Shown here in pieces: positions 47,659 to 57,060 of a stretch of DNA of 64,000 bases. This DNA is from Nanobdellota archaeon (lineage in GTDB: Archaea; Nanobdellota; Nanobdellia; PEZQ01). The stretch lies in assembly GCA_018220985.1 (NCBI GenBank), contig JAAOXS010000021.1:24274-88273 (forward strand). Reading direction: 5' to 3'. Within the stretch, counting starts at the first letter, position 1, and every line of letters begins with the position of its first letter. The translations under genes and the position numbers were made by a program. The notes beneath the pieces were generated by a model. The model was not told the DNA's origin, searched no databases, and saw only the letters and a list, made by a program, of their open reading frames with translations.

Positions 47659-50600
47659 ATGGGGAGAAGAGCAATACTAACAACTTTAGTAATACTTGCT
47701 CTACTACCTGTTGTAATAAACGAAGTAAAAGCGGAAACATGTACAACAGACAGTGACTGTTCTAATTACACGTACTGCGATGCAGACGCGTGTAATGGAC
47801 GAATAACAGGAATATGCGACACATCAATAAGTGAATGCGCTTGCTGCATTACTGACGGAGACTGTTCTTCAGGATACACTTGTTCAACTGAAGGTTATTG
47901 CTACGACAATAGTAATTATTGTGGTGACGGAACCTGCCAGGATGAAGAAGACTGTGAACAATGCCCTAGTGATTGCGGAACTTGCAGTGTAGCATCTGTT
48001 TGCGGCGACGGAGTATGCGACGCTGACGAAGATGCAACAAACAATTTCTGCGAAGCAGACTGTACTTATACAACAATTGGAACGGACGTGTGCGGTAACG
48101 AAATTTGCGAAGGAAGCGAAAACTGCGATAACTGTTACGTAGACTGTTGCGAAGATAATACAATAACTGTAGAATGCGGTAATGGAATCTGCGAAGACGG
48201 AGAAGACTGCGGAAGTTGCTCTACGGACTGTTGGTGTGACTGGGAACAGGAACAGCAACAAAAAATAGACGCTTACAAAGCAACATTAATCTTAACTTCA
48301 GAAGAGCAAACACTTGCAAGCACAATAATAAACTCTTTGAAAGCAGTTCATACAGCAGCAACAGCATACATTTCAAGCCCTTCAGGAACAACAGCGTACA
48401 ACCTTGCGTACCAGCAAAGATTGAAAGAACAATCTTTTTGGGATTTAGAAAAAAATTATGCGGGAACAACGCTTAAAAAATCAGGAGAATACGCAATACT
48501 AAACTATGGCTCTGGAAGAGTAAACGCGTGGGAAGACGAATTCGGAAACTTCCAAATCAACGGACTGGACATCATAGAAGGTTCAGGAATAAGATTTGGC
48601 GCGCACATATGGTACAATGACTGGGAAAACAAATACGGAATTGGAATGTGGGTTGACTGGGATGATAACGCCAGAAACTATGAAGAAAACATTAAGAACG
48701 GGTGGATGGACGGTGAAGACGTTGCAAGACAAGCTCAAGCAGCTGAAGACGTTAAAGAAATAATTGCAACATTCACAATCACAGACGACAATAAAGAAAT
48801 CGCAAATGAACTAATAAATTACATGGACACAGTTTACGACCTTGCAAACGAATTTACATTAAACTCTGATAAAATCTACAAATTACAATACGAAGCAGAA
48901 CTACTAAATGCAAGAATGAACGGCGTAGCCGAAGGACTAAGCTGCAACGACGTTAACGAAGTTTCAACATACATTCTCGTCTACTCAAAAGGAAGTGTAG
49001 AAGTATGGGACGACGAATTCGGAGGAAAAACACTTGCACAACACAAAAGACTACTTGACACAGACTACGTTAAACTCGAAATTAACGCTGGCGGATGCGA
49101 CGATTGGAGTGAAAGAGGATGGATGGGAACCAACTTACAATGGAGCAGAACCGTAACAGAAAACGAAAATTACAGAACAGCAATAACGAACGCGAGGAAA
49201 TCAGCTTGGAGAGAAGCTGAAGCACTAAGACAAAGATACATGGTCTTAGAAGCAAAAAAACTTTACACGTTCACAGTTGAAGAAGAAAACATAGCGAAAG
49301 AAATAATCGAAAAACTCAACAAGTTCAAAGAAGAAATAAAAGAATTCGAAGCAGGAAAAGTAACAGCATACAAACTACACTACGACAGCATACTACTAAC
49401 CTCAGAACTTGAAGGATACTCATGGGCATACCCTGAAATCGCAAAAGGCATAGGAGAATACGTACTATTAAACGGACCTGGAATTCCAGATGTTTGGAAA
49501 GATGAATTCGGAGACATAGAACTAGGACACAACTTAAGAGTTCACTTTGGAGAAAACATAGAATTTAACTTAAACAGATGGTGCGACGAATGGAGAGACT
49601 TCTGCGGATTTAACTCATGGATGCAATGGGGGCAACTAAGAGAAGACTACAGAGACGACATAAAAAAAGCTGAAAGAGACGGATGGAGAGAAGCTGAAAG
49701 AAAAAAACGAAAAACACTTGCTGACAAATTTAGAAAAGAATTGCAAGGAGAAATAGAAGACGTTTACTCATCAGCAATAAAATCATTCGTATCAAAAGCA
49801 AAAAATTTCATGGAAGGCGGAGCAACAGCTTACGATGTTGAAATGACAAGACTTGAAGCATCATACTTACTGCAAAAAAACATTGACGAACAAAAAAGAG
49901 ACTTCATAATGGTCCTAGACTTAGGAGAAGACGTTCCACCACCAGAAGCATGGCTTGACTGGGAAACAGGAGAAATCCACATAGGCGGCTGGAGAGAACT
50001 TGTACTAACATCCAAAGACGGTAAAGAAGATGTTATTGCAGGAATGGACACATGGTGCGATGATTGGGATGGATTCTGCGGAGGAAACATTTGGATGAAC
50101 TGGCCTGAATGGGACAGAATAAAAACAGACATTCACCGCGCGAACAACGACTTTTGGAGACAGAAACGTGAAGAAGAGATTAAACCAATGCTCAGTGAAA
50201 TAATCAGTAAAAAAACAACTTACTCAAGCAAAGACCAAACACTAATCAACGAATTATCTGACTTAATAGAAACAGTAGAAGAACTTGGTGAAAACTATGA
50301 CACGCTAGGTGTTGAAAACTTTCAATACAGTATCTTAGTTAAGAGAGATGTCATAAACGATAAACTAATTACTGCACAAGACGGAAGCTTAATAGAAATT
50401 GCAGTTGCAGAAGCAGAAGGATACCATGATTATGATGACTGGATGCAAAGACTTTATGGAGTAGCAGTTTACACAGGAGAAAAAATTGACTTAGTAATAA
50501 GATTTTACGAAAAATTCACACCATTCTTCCTTGAAGCAATTGAAAAAACACAAGGATCAGAATTCGCAATAGAAATAGAAATAGTTTGGAAAGAATGGCA

Positions 50601-51966
50601 AGAAGGCATGGAAAAATCCATTGAAAACGCTTACGAAAAATACGAAAAAGAACAAAGCGGGGTAAGATTAACAAAACTTGTTGAACAACGTGAAAAAATA
50701 ATTTCAGAAGTTGACAACATAGAAACAAAAGTTAACTCTTACGAAAACAATGAGATAAGCCTAAGTCAACTAAGAAAATACGTGAACAGTATATACTATA
50801 AAATACAAGCCTACGACCAAGAAGTAGCTTATTACGCTGCAATGTCTGGACAAGAATTCCCAACATTCGAATTTGTAAACGTAAAAATAAACACGGAACA
50901 CGTTAAAATGGAATTATACGAGAAAGATTTTGAATACAGATTTGGAGGCGGAATTGGAGTATTCCAAGCAAAAACGTACAACAACGACCAAGAAAGAGAA
51001 TACGAATTAGAATTCGCACCAACAAATGTTGAAACAACAAAAGTTGTGAAACAAACTTCATCAGATTCATTTATTCAAGAAGAATATAATGAACAAGGAT
51101 TTGAAGAATTCACAGGAAACTTTATAGCAGTAACAGGCAGACCAATACAACCAATAACCACAGATGTGAAAGCAATAAGTTCAACAGCAGTTTCAACAAC
51201 GCTCGCTAAAGGAGATGTGCAAGACACTGAAATTGAAATCTTTGACGAAGACGTAGCTCGAGAAATAGAATTCGAGAAACAAAAAATTGTTGAAGAAAGA
51301 TACGAAGACATAAGCATGTTCAGAGAGCAAGAAATGGAAACTAAATCAATTAACAAAATAATCAACAAAAAGAAAGGTTACAGCGGAGAAAGAATAATAA
51401 TTAAAGGAATTAAGCCAAGACTTAAACTCAGCACTCAAATGACTGATACAGAAATAATGCGCTTAGCGGAAGAACTGAAAACGAAATGGAGCGAAGCAGC
51501 AGAACTAGGATACATTGACGACGCAGTATACAACATGAACATGCATATAGATAACTTTCCAGCACTGCAAGAAGCAATAACTTCTTGGGGAGATACAGCA
51601 CTATCCTTAAAACTAAACTATAAAGAAAACTCTGTTTTCGAATTCTCATTCAAAACAGAAGATGGATACATAGGATGGGTTAAGTATGGAATAGCTGAAA
51701 ACGCTGGAAGCGGAAGTGACAACATATACATAGAATTAGACTTTGAATCGTTACTACGACTAAGAAATTGGTGGGAAGACAAACTCAAAAACGCTGAAGG
51801 AATAATGGACGTAATAGGGGCTGTACCAGGATTTTTAGGTAACATGATTGGAATGCTTATGAACGGAGAAATAGTAATACAACCATTCGGTTCAATTTCA
51901 AAAATACCTCAATTCCTAAGCGTATTCTTCGAAGGAATAGTTCACACAACAGGAGTAGAAATATAA
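47659..51966 (+). CDS. giant secreted repeat protein (1435 aa): Cys-rich modules plus Trp-rich repeats
   Basis: Has the signal peptide MGRRAILTTLVILALLPVVINEVKA. Four CG(D/N)GxC..(E/D)(D/N)C..C..DC modules are followed by four or more repeats of about 160 aa, each containing W.DEFG...W.D/W..G/W....W. Confidence 0.7.
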   Translation: MGRRAILTTLVILALLPVVINEVKAETCTTDSDCSNYTYCDADACNGRITGICDTSISECACCITDGDCSSGYTCSTEGYCYDNSNYCGDGTCQDEEDCEQCPSDCGTCSVASVCGDGVCDADEDATNNFCEADCTYTTIGTDVCGNEICEGSENCDNCYVDCCEDNTITVECGNGICEDGEDCGSCSTDCWCDWEQEQQQKIDAYKATLILTSEEQTLASTIINSLKAVHTAATAYISSPSGTTAYNLAYQQRLKEQSFWDLEKNYAGTTLKKSGEYAILNYGSGRVNAWEDEFGNFQINGLDIIEGSGIRFGAHIWYNDWENKYGIGMWVDWDDNARNYEENIKNGWMDGEDVARQAQAAEDVKEIIATFTITDDNKEIANELINYMDTVYDLANEFTLNSDKIYKLQYEAELLNARMNGVAEGLSCNDVNEVSTYILVYSKGSVEVWDDEFGGKTLAQHKRLLDTDYVKLEINAGGCDDWSERGWMGTNLQWSRTVTENENYRTAITNARKSAWREAEALRQRYMVLEAKKLYTFTVEEENIAKEIIEKLNKFKEEIKEFEAGKVTAYKLHYDSILLTSELEGYSWAYPEIAKGIGEYVLLNGPGIPDVWKDEFGDIELGHNLRVHFGENIEFNLNRWCDEWRDFCGFNSWMQWGQLREDYRDDIKKAERDGWREAERKKRKTLADKFRKELQGEIEDVYSSAIKSFVSKAKNFMEGGATAYDVEMTRLEASYLLQKNIDEQKRDFIMVLDLGEDVPPPEAWLDWETGEIHIGGWRELVLTSKDGKEDVIAGMDTWCDDWDGFCGGNIWMNWPEWDRIKTDIHRANNDFWRQKREEEIKPMLSEIISKKTTYSSKDQTLINELSDLIETVEELGENYDTLGVENFQYSILVKRDVINDKLITAQDGSLIEIAVAEAEGYHDYDDWMQRLYGVAVYTGEKIDLVIRFYEKFTPFFLEAIEKTQGSEFAIEIEIVWKEWQEGMEKSIENAYEKYEKEQSGVRLTKLVEQREKIISEVDNIETKVNSYENNEISLSQLRKYVNSIYYKIQAYDQEVAYYAAMSGQEFPTFEFVNVKINTEHVKMELYEKDFEYRFGGGIGVFQAKTYNNDQEREYELEFAPTNVETTKVVKQTSSDSFIQEEYNEQGFEEFTGNFIAVTGRPIQPITTDVKAISSTAVSTTLAKGDVQDTEIEIFDEDVAREIEFEKQKIVEERYEDISMFREQEMETKSINKIINKKKGYSGERIIIKGIKPRLKLSTQMTDTEIMRLAEELKTKWSEAAELGYIDDAVYNMNMHIDNFPALQEAITSWGDTALSLKLNYKENSVFEFSFKTEDGYIGWVKYGIAENAGSGSDNIYIELDFESLLRLRNWWEDKLKNAEGIMDVIGAVPGFLGNMIGMLMNGEIVIQPFGSISKIPQFLSVFFEGIVHTTGVEI

Positions 51967-52014
51967 ACGAAAAAAAACCATTTATCTATTTTTTTTTATT
52001 TTTTTAACAAACCA

Positions 52015-52182
52015 TTAATGAACATTAGTTTTAAGGTTAAGATAAACAAGATTAGTATACTCTCCTATTTCTTTAGGTAAACTAACAATATTTTTGTTTG
52101 ATAAATTTAATCTAGTAATTCTTTTATCTATTTCAACACTAACTTCTTTAACTTTATACGTTAACTTCACAAAAAACAACAT
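52015..52182 (-). pseudogene. 55-codon ORF encoding about 1.5 leucine-rich repeats, probably a gene fragment
   Basis: Own translation: MLFFVKLTYKVKEVSVEIDKRITRLNLSNKNIVSLPKEIGEYTNLVYLNLKTNVH*. The segment LNLSNKNIVSLPKEIGEYTNLVYLNLKTN fits the LxxLxLxxNxLxxLPxxIGxLxNLxxLxLxxN LRR consensus. It is below the 60-aa cut-off of the ORF track. Confidence 0.3.
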
Positions 52183-52214
52183 TTTTAATTAAAATTTAAA
52201 TATTATTATACATA

Positions 52215-52814
52215 ATGAGCGACTTTAATTTTGGAAAAATTACTGGAACAATGATAATCCTATGCATTGTAGGATTCATACTACAACAATTTATTGACAT
52301 GTCCACACTATACTTCTCACCAGACTATTTAACAAAACCATGGGTGCTAATCACATCACTATTCTTGCACGCAAACGTAATCCACTTAGCTTACAACTTG
52401 TACGCACTATTCATATTCGGAAACGTACTTGAAAAAAACACAAACCAAAAATTCACACTAACAATAATACTATTAGGCGGAATAAGTGGAAACATACTAT
52501 TCTCAATAATCTCACCATCAAACGCCATCGGATTCAGTGGAGCAATATACGCGCTAATGGGAAGCGTAACAATACTACTGCCAAACCTGAAAATCCCCCT
52601 ACCCCTCGGCTTCATCGCAGTACCAGCAAAAGCATGGTTCGCAGGACCAGTAATGGCATTAGGAGAACTATTACTAAGCATAACAAGCTTTGATAACATA
52701 GCGCACTCAGCTCACCTTGGAGGATTCGCACTCGGATTCATCATGAGCTGGTTTTGGAAAAAATATTACTACCAATCCATTACTTCCCTTTCAGCCCGAG
52801 AACTCCACGATTGA
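52215..52814 (+). CDS. rhomboid family intramembrane serine protease
   Basis: Contains the catalytic GFSGAIYALMG (GxSG) and AHLGGFALG (His), plus HANVIHLAYN. Confidence 0.8.
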   Translation: MSDFNFGKITGTMIILCIVGFILQQFIDMSTLYFSPDYLTKPWVLITSLFLHANVIHLAYNLYALFIFGNVLEKNTNQKFTLTIILLGGISGNILFSIISPSNAIGFSGAIYALMGSVTILLPNLKIPLPLGFIAVPAKAWFAGPVMALGELLLSITSFDNIAHSAHLGGFALGFIMSWFWKKYYYQSITSLSARELHD

Positions 52815-53116
52815 ACTGCGCTAACAATCCTACTCTTAATATCCATCTTATCCTTAGTTTTGTACTTGAACAAGTAACCGCCACGAGACATGTTAACCTG
52901 AGTTTTCACCAATAATTTTTGTTTAACCAATTTCTTAACCGCTTTTTGAACAGTGCTTCTCTCAAAACCAGTGAGTTCAGAAATCTTAACAATTGAAAAC
53001 TTATCATGAGCCTTTAATAATTTAAGTAAAATGTTGTACTCTGTTTTGTTAAGATTAAAACTACACTTAATTATTTCGCGCAACTCAATTTTTTTACACG
53101 CGAAATCAATCATCAT
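52769..53116 (-). CDS. winged-HTH transcriptional regulator (MarR/TrmB-like)
   Basis: Contains LNKTEYNILLKLLKAHDKFSIVKISELTGFERSTVQKAVKKLVKQKLLVK. ATGA overlap with the upstream thioredoxin gene. Confidence 0.55.
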   Translation of the reverse strand: MMIDFACKKIELREIIKCSFNLNKTEYNILLKLLKAHDKFSIVKISELTGFERSTVQKAVKKLVKQKLLVKTQVNMSRGGYLFKYKTKDKMDIKSRIVSAVQSWSSRAEREVMDW

Positions 53117-53433
53117 ACGTTATCATCAACCCATTTCTGAATGCTTTCATTAGGCAACGTGCCCACAAATTCAGCTGTGACTTCCCCATTCTTGAACATT
53201 TTAACACTAGGAATACTCATAACACCATAAACTCCAGGCATAACCGTATTCTCTTCAACATTCATTTTAGCTAAAATAAACTTATCCTTGTTTTCTTTAG
53301 CTACTTCCTCAATAACTGGACCGAGCATTTTGCAAGGCATACACCAACCAGCCCAAAAATCAACAACAACAGGAATATCCTTTGATTTCCCTAAAACTTT
53401 TTCTTTAAAATTTCCATCATTAACATCAATCAT
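53113..53433 (-). CDS. trxA: thioredoxin
   Basis: The active site is FWAGWCMPCK (CxxC). SD GAGGTGGT lies 6 nt upstream of ATG 53433 (MIDVNDG...), so the track start at 53469 is probably too long. Confidence 0.8.
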   Translation of the reverse strand: MIDVNDGNFKEKVLGKSKDIPVVVDFWAGWCMPCKMLGPVIEEVAKENKDKFILAKMNVEENTVMPGVYGVMSIPSVKMFKNGEVTAEFVGTLPNESIQKWVDDNV

Positions 53434-53505
53434 GTTAAACCACCTCAATTGTGATAATAACAAGCACATGCATTTAAGGATTTCTTAAATGTGATTTTTT
53501 AACAA

Positions 53506-53826
53506 CTATTCATTCACAATACTTTCTAAAGAATTACCCTTTTTTTTTAATTTATTAAAATGGTTCTTACCTTCTTCAGTTAAATAATAAGTTACTCCCT
53601 TACTGTTTTTGTTGTTAAAATTATTTTTCGTATTAGCTTCAAAAGAATATAAATAGATGTTTTCACTTTTTAAACTATATACTGTGCTTTCAATAGTTGG
53701 TTTACCTAATTTAGTTTGTTCTGTTGCAAAAAGCATATGATTTGAGTTTGAAGGTGTAAATCCATCAGTATAATTATTACCCATGAGCAAAAATATTTTA
53801 GCTCTATTACTTAACTTGTTTTTCAT
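53506..53826 (-). CDS. hypothetical protein (106 aa), possible wHTH
   Basis: KGVTYYLTEEGKNHFNKL resembles the wing/C-terminal helix of PadR-like regulators. The resemblance is weak. Confidence 0.4.
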   Translation of the reverse strand: MKNKLSNRAKIFLLMGNNYTDGFTPSNSNHMLFATEQTKLGKPTIESTVYSLKSENIYLYSFEANTKNNFNNKNSKGVTYYLTEEGKNHFNKLKKKGNSLESIVNE

Positions 53827-53889
53827 ATTATTATAATACCCTCACTTTTTTCTAGTTAAGAATTAAAACTGCTTTTTAAACATTACTAT

Positions 53890-55386
53890 TTACTTAACAC
53901 GCCACTTAACACCACTATCAGTGTCCTCTAATTCAACACCCGCTTTCTTGAGTGCTGTGCGAATATCATCACTCGTAGCGTAATCCTTTTTAGAACGCGC
54001 TTCCACGCGAAGAGAAATTAACTGCTCCATTAAACCATCAATTTTGTTTTTCTTTTTTAGAGAACCACTTACTTTCTTAACTAACTCTTTCCAACTTAAA
54101 GTAACTTTAACACTAGAACCGCTTGTAACACCAATAACTATTTCCTTATCCAATCTTAAACCAAGAACTCTTAACAATTCCTTTACTGTCTCAACTGATT
54201 TTTCAAGAATTGACTTCTTATTACCCAAACTTTGAGAAACCTTTTTCAAAAAAAGCATTGTAACATCAACAGCTTTTGGAGTGTTTAAATCATCATCCAT
54301 AGCTTTCTCAAAACTAACTCTGTACTCCCTAATCCACTTATTCAAACTCTCGCTTTTACCGCCAGTGCTCTCCTGAACTCGTTCAAAAACTCTGTAAACG
54401 CGCAGAAGCAACGCTTCAGAATTCCGCACGTTTGACTTGTTAAAATCAATTTGCTTACGATAATGAGAAGAAACCAATGTTAACCTTAAAGCTTCCCAAT
54501 CATACATTTTCAAAGCATCCCTAATCAACAACATATTACCAGTACTTTTACTCATCTTTTCACCATTCAAAGTCATGAAAGTAGTGTGCATCCAATAATT
54601 CGCGAAACGCTTACTAGTAGCGGCTTCACTCTGAGCAATTTCATTAGGGTGATGTAAATACAAATGATCATAACCACCACCATGAATGTCCAAAGTTTCT
54701 CCCAAATATTTCATACTCATAGCAGAACATTCCACATGCCAACCAGGTACGCCAACACTCCAAGGACTATCCCACTTCATAATTACATTAGAATCAACTT
54801 TTCGCCAAAGAGTAAAATCATTAGGATCATTTTTATTAGTGTCTGCGTGCACACGGCACTTTGATTTTTTTTGAAGAATGGGTGTTGGCGAAAGAGTGCC
54901 ATAGTCTTTAAACTTACGCACTTTAAAGTATACGTTACCATCCTTTTCATACGCGTAACCACTTTTAATAATTCGTTTTGTTAAATCAATCATTTCCTGT
55001 ACGTGTTGTGTTGCACGAGGATAAATATCAGCCCTATTCAAATTTAGCGCGTCTAAATCTTCAAAATACCTTTGAATGAATTTTTCAACAAGAGCGTACG
55101 GATCAACTTTTCTTTCCTTAGCCCTTTTCTCAATTTTATCTTCACCCTCATCAGCATCACTTGTAAGATGACCTACATCAGTGAAGTTCTGCACGTGAGT
55201 AACCTCATACCCTTTGTAACGTAAATACCTAACGAGAACATCCCAATAAGAATACGTGCGCGCATGACCCAAATGCAAATCATCATAAACTGTTTGTCCG
55301 CAAGTATAAATGGAAACCTTACCTTTATGAATTGGTTTGAAAACCTCTTTCTTACGCGATAAACTATTATAAATTTTGAAACTCAT
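53890..55386 (-). CDS. cysS: cysteinyl-tRNA synthetase
   Basis: HIGH motif DDLHLGHARTY; KMSKS motif GEKMSKSTGN; zinc-site context CGQTVY, HVEC. Confidence 0.9.
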   Translation of the reverse strand: MSFKIYNSLSRKKEVFKPIHKGKVSIYTCGQTVYDDLHLGHARTYSYWDVLVRYLRYKGYEVTHVQNFTDVGHLTSDADEGEDKIEKRAKERKVDPYALVEKFIQRYFEDLDALNLNRADIYPRATQHVQEMIDLTKRIIKSGYAYEKDGNVYFKVRKFKDYGTLSPTPILQKKSKCRVHADTNKNDPNDFTLWRKVDSNVIMKWDSPWSVGVPGWHVECSAMSMKYLGETLDIHGGGYDHLYLHHPNEIAQSEAATSKRFANYWMHTTFMTLNGEKMSKSTGNMLLIRDALKMYDWEALRLTLVSSHYRKQIDFNKSNVRNSEALLLRVYRVFERVQESTGGKSESLNKWIREYRVSFEKAMDDDLNTPKAVDVTMLFLKKVSQSLGNKKSILEKSVETVKELLRVLGLRLDKEIVIGVTSGSSVKVTLSWKELVKKVSGSLKKKNKIDGLMEQLISLRVEARSKKDYATSDDIRTALKKAGVELEDTDSGVKWRVK

Positions 55387-55431
55387 TTTATTGCACCTAA
55401 TATTTTTTTAGAATTAAGAATAGATAAATGT

Positions 55432-55461
55432 TCACTCCTTGCAGGGACAATCACTTTTCAT
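55432..55461 (-). promoter_or_regulatory. leader mini-ORF MKSDCPCKE* upstream of cysS
   Basis: Own translation: ATG AAA AGT GAT TGT CCC TGC AAG GAG TGA. It ends 45 nt upstream of the cysS ATG. The core AGTGAT-NNN-CCC-NNN is shared with the trp and val leaders. Confidence 0.5.
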
Positions 55462-55596
55462 ATTAATTTATTATAATTAACTCCTGTTCTTTAAGATTTT
55501 CTTTAAAACAAATGCTTTCTAAACTAATTTTATTACTAAATCATTAAAAAACAGCTATGGGAATCTTTAAAAAACAATAAAGCCCGAAAATTGGCT

Positions 55597-55962
55597 ATGT
55601 TAAGCGAAAATGTTGCTAATAAACTCGTAGAAGAATTAACAAAAAAGGATTCAACATACAGCTTAAGCTATGATGATTCGACAATTCTTATAAGAAATAA
55701 ATCTAATGACTTCACAGGTAACTTGAATAACTACGAACCTGAAAAACTTCTAATAAACATTAAATCCCGAAAACACCACGCAATTTTTTGGCCTCATAAT
55801 TTTCCAAAAGTACTAGAACTACCAAAACTTCCAATATACATAGTTATAGCTGATAATAACTTAACACTTGATGATATTATGATTGGTTTGAAACATACTG
55901 AAAATTTTAAAGAATTTTACCCTAAAAATGATAATAAAATAGAATATTTACGAATTAGATAA
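55597..55962 (+). CDS. hypothetical protein (121 aa)
   Basis: ORF with ATG at 55597 (the track start at 55591 is TTG). No motif recognised. Confidence 0.4.
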   Translation: MLSENVANKLVEELTKKDSTYSLSYDDSTILIRNKSNDFTGNLNNYEPEKLLINIKSRKHHAIFWPHNFPKVLELPKLPIYIVIADNNLTLDDIMIGLKHTENFKEFYPKNDNKIEYLRIR

Positions 55963-57013
55963 CTCCAAAAACCATAAGCAAACCTAAACCCAACATTAAT
56001 ACACCAGCAACTAAATGCAACAACCTTAAATTCTTCTGCCTTAACCTCTCCGCTTTCTCAGTGCTAAAACCTTTCACGAACAATAAAGTTAAGAAAACCA
56101 TCGGCGCAATAAAAATTAAATTGTACAAAATCAACAACGGAATCGAACCAAGCATGGTGGTTTTACTTGCTAATAAACCAATAATAACGATGTACGGACC
56201 GCTCGTGCAAGGAGTTAAAAAAACGCTAACAATCAAACCCGTAAAAAACGCGCCTTTAGGAGAAGTAGTTGCTTTAAGCAACCGTTTCATGTGCGGTCGC
56301 CAACTCATAGGAACTTCCATTAACACACCTTTACCATACCAAAAGAAATCCTTAATATTCAACAAACCAACAATGATTGCTAAAACTCCAACACCCTTAA
56401 AAATTATGTTAGACAAACTAAAAACTTGAATAACACTGAATAAACCAAAACCCATCAAAAAATACGCGATAAAAATTGCGCTTGCAAAAGCCAAACCTGC
56501 TTTTAAAGCAGTTTTCTTATTACCTTTTAAGAGAATAGTTGAGATAAGAATTATTAAAACAGCGAACTCGCAGGGATTAATAGAATCAAGAAACGCGCCG
56601 GCAACCAATGCTCCAAGCGTTAAAGTTGTTACACCTTCTTCCATGTAAACATTCGCTCCAGGCTCACTGCAACCTGCTACGCTATAAAAATTAATTCTTT
56701 CCTTTAATACATCATAAATGTTTGAAGAATACTCTATTACATCAGCACCAATAAAAATAATTGGCGTCGCGCTTGGAGCAAAATCATACTGTTTGGCAAG
56801 AGTTGTTAATAAATTATAATTATCTAAACTTTCACGAATATCAAACTTTTCAACAATTAAATCTGAAAACTCGCTTTCTAATTGAGCAAGCACGGGCTCA
56901 GTGGCAGCGCAATGAGAACAACCTTCCTGATAAAAATAATATAAATGTGTTTCAGCAGCTAAACTCGTTAATGGTAATAATAACACCAATACGAACAATA
57001 ATGCTCGTCTCAT
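55955..57013 (-). CDS. thioredoxin-fold / CcdA (DsbD-like) fusion, membrane thiol-disulfide electron transporter
   Basis: A signal peptide MRRALLFVLVLLLPLTSLAA is followed by a CxxC (EGCSHCAA). The CcdA-type TM core then has conserved Cys in NPCEFAV and TPCTSGP. The ATG at 57013 is preferred over the track start. Confidence 0.7.
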   Translation of the reverse strand: MRRALLFVLVLLLPLTSLAAETHLYYFYQEGCSHCAATEPVLAQLESEFSDLIVEKFDIRESLDNYNLLTTLAKQYDFAPSATPIIFIGADVIEYSSNIYDVLKERINFYSVAGCSEPGANVYMEEGVTTLTLGALVAGAFLDSINPCEFAVLIILISTILLKGNKKTALKAGLAFASAIFIAYFLMGFGLFSVIQVFSLSNIIFKGVGVLAIIVGLLNIKDFFWYGKGVLMEVPMSWRPHMKRLLKATTSPKGAFFTGLIVSVFLTPCTSGPYIVIIGLLASKTTMLGSIPLLILYNLIFIAPMVFLTLLFVKGFSTEKAERLRQKNLRLLHLVAGVLMLGLGLLMVFGVI

Positions 57014-57060
57014 GAAAAAACATTTAAACTGAAATACTATATAAACATTTGTTTCAAAAA

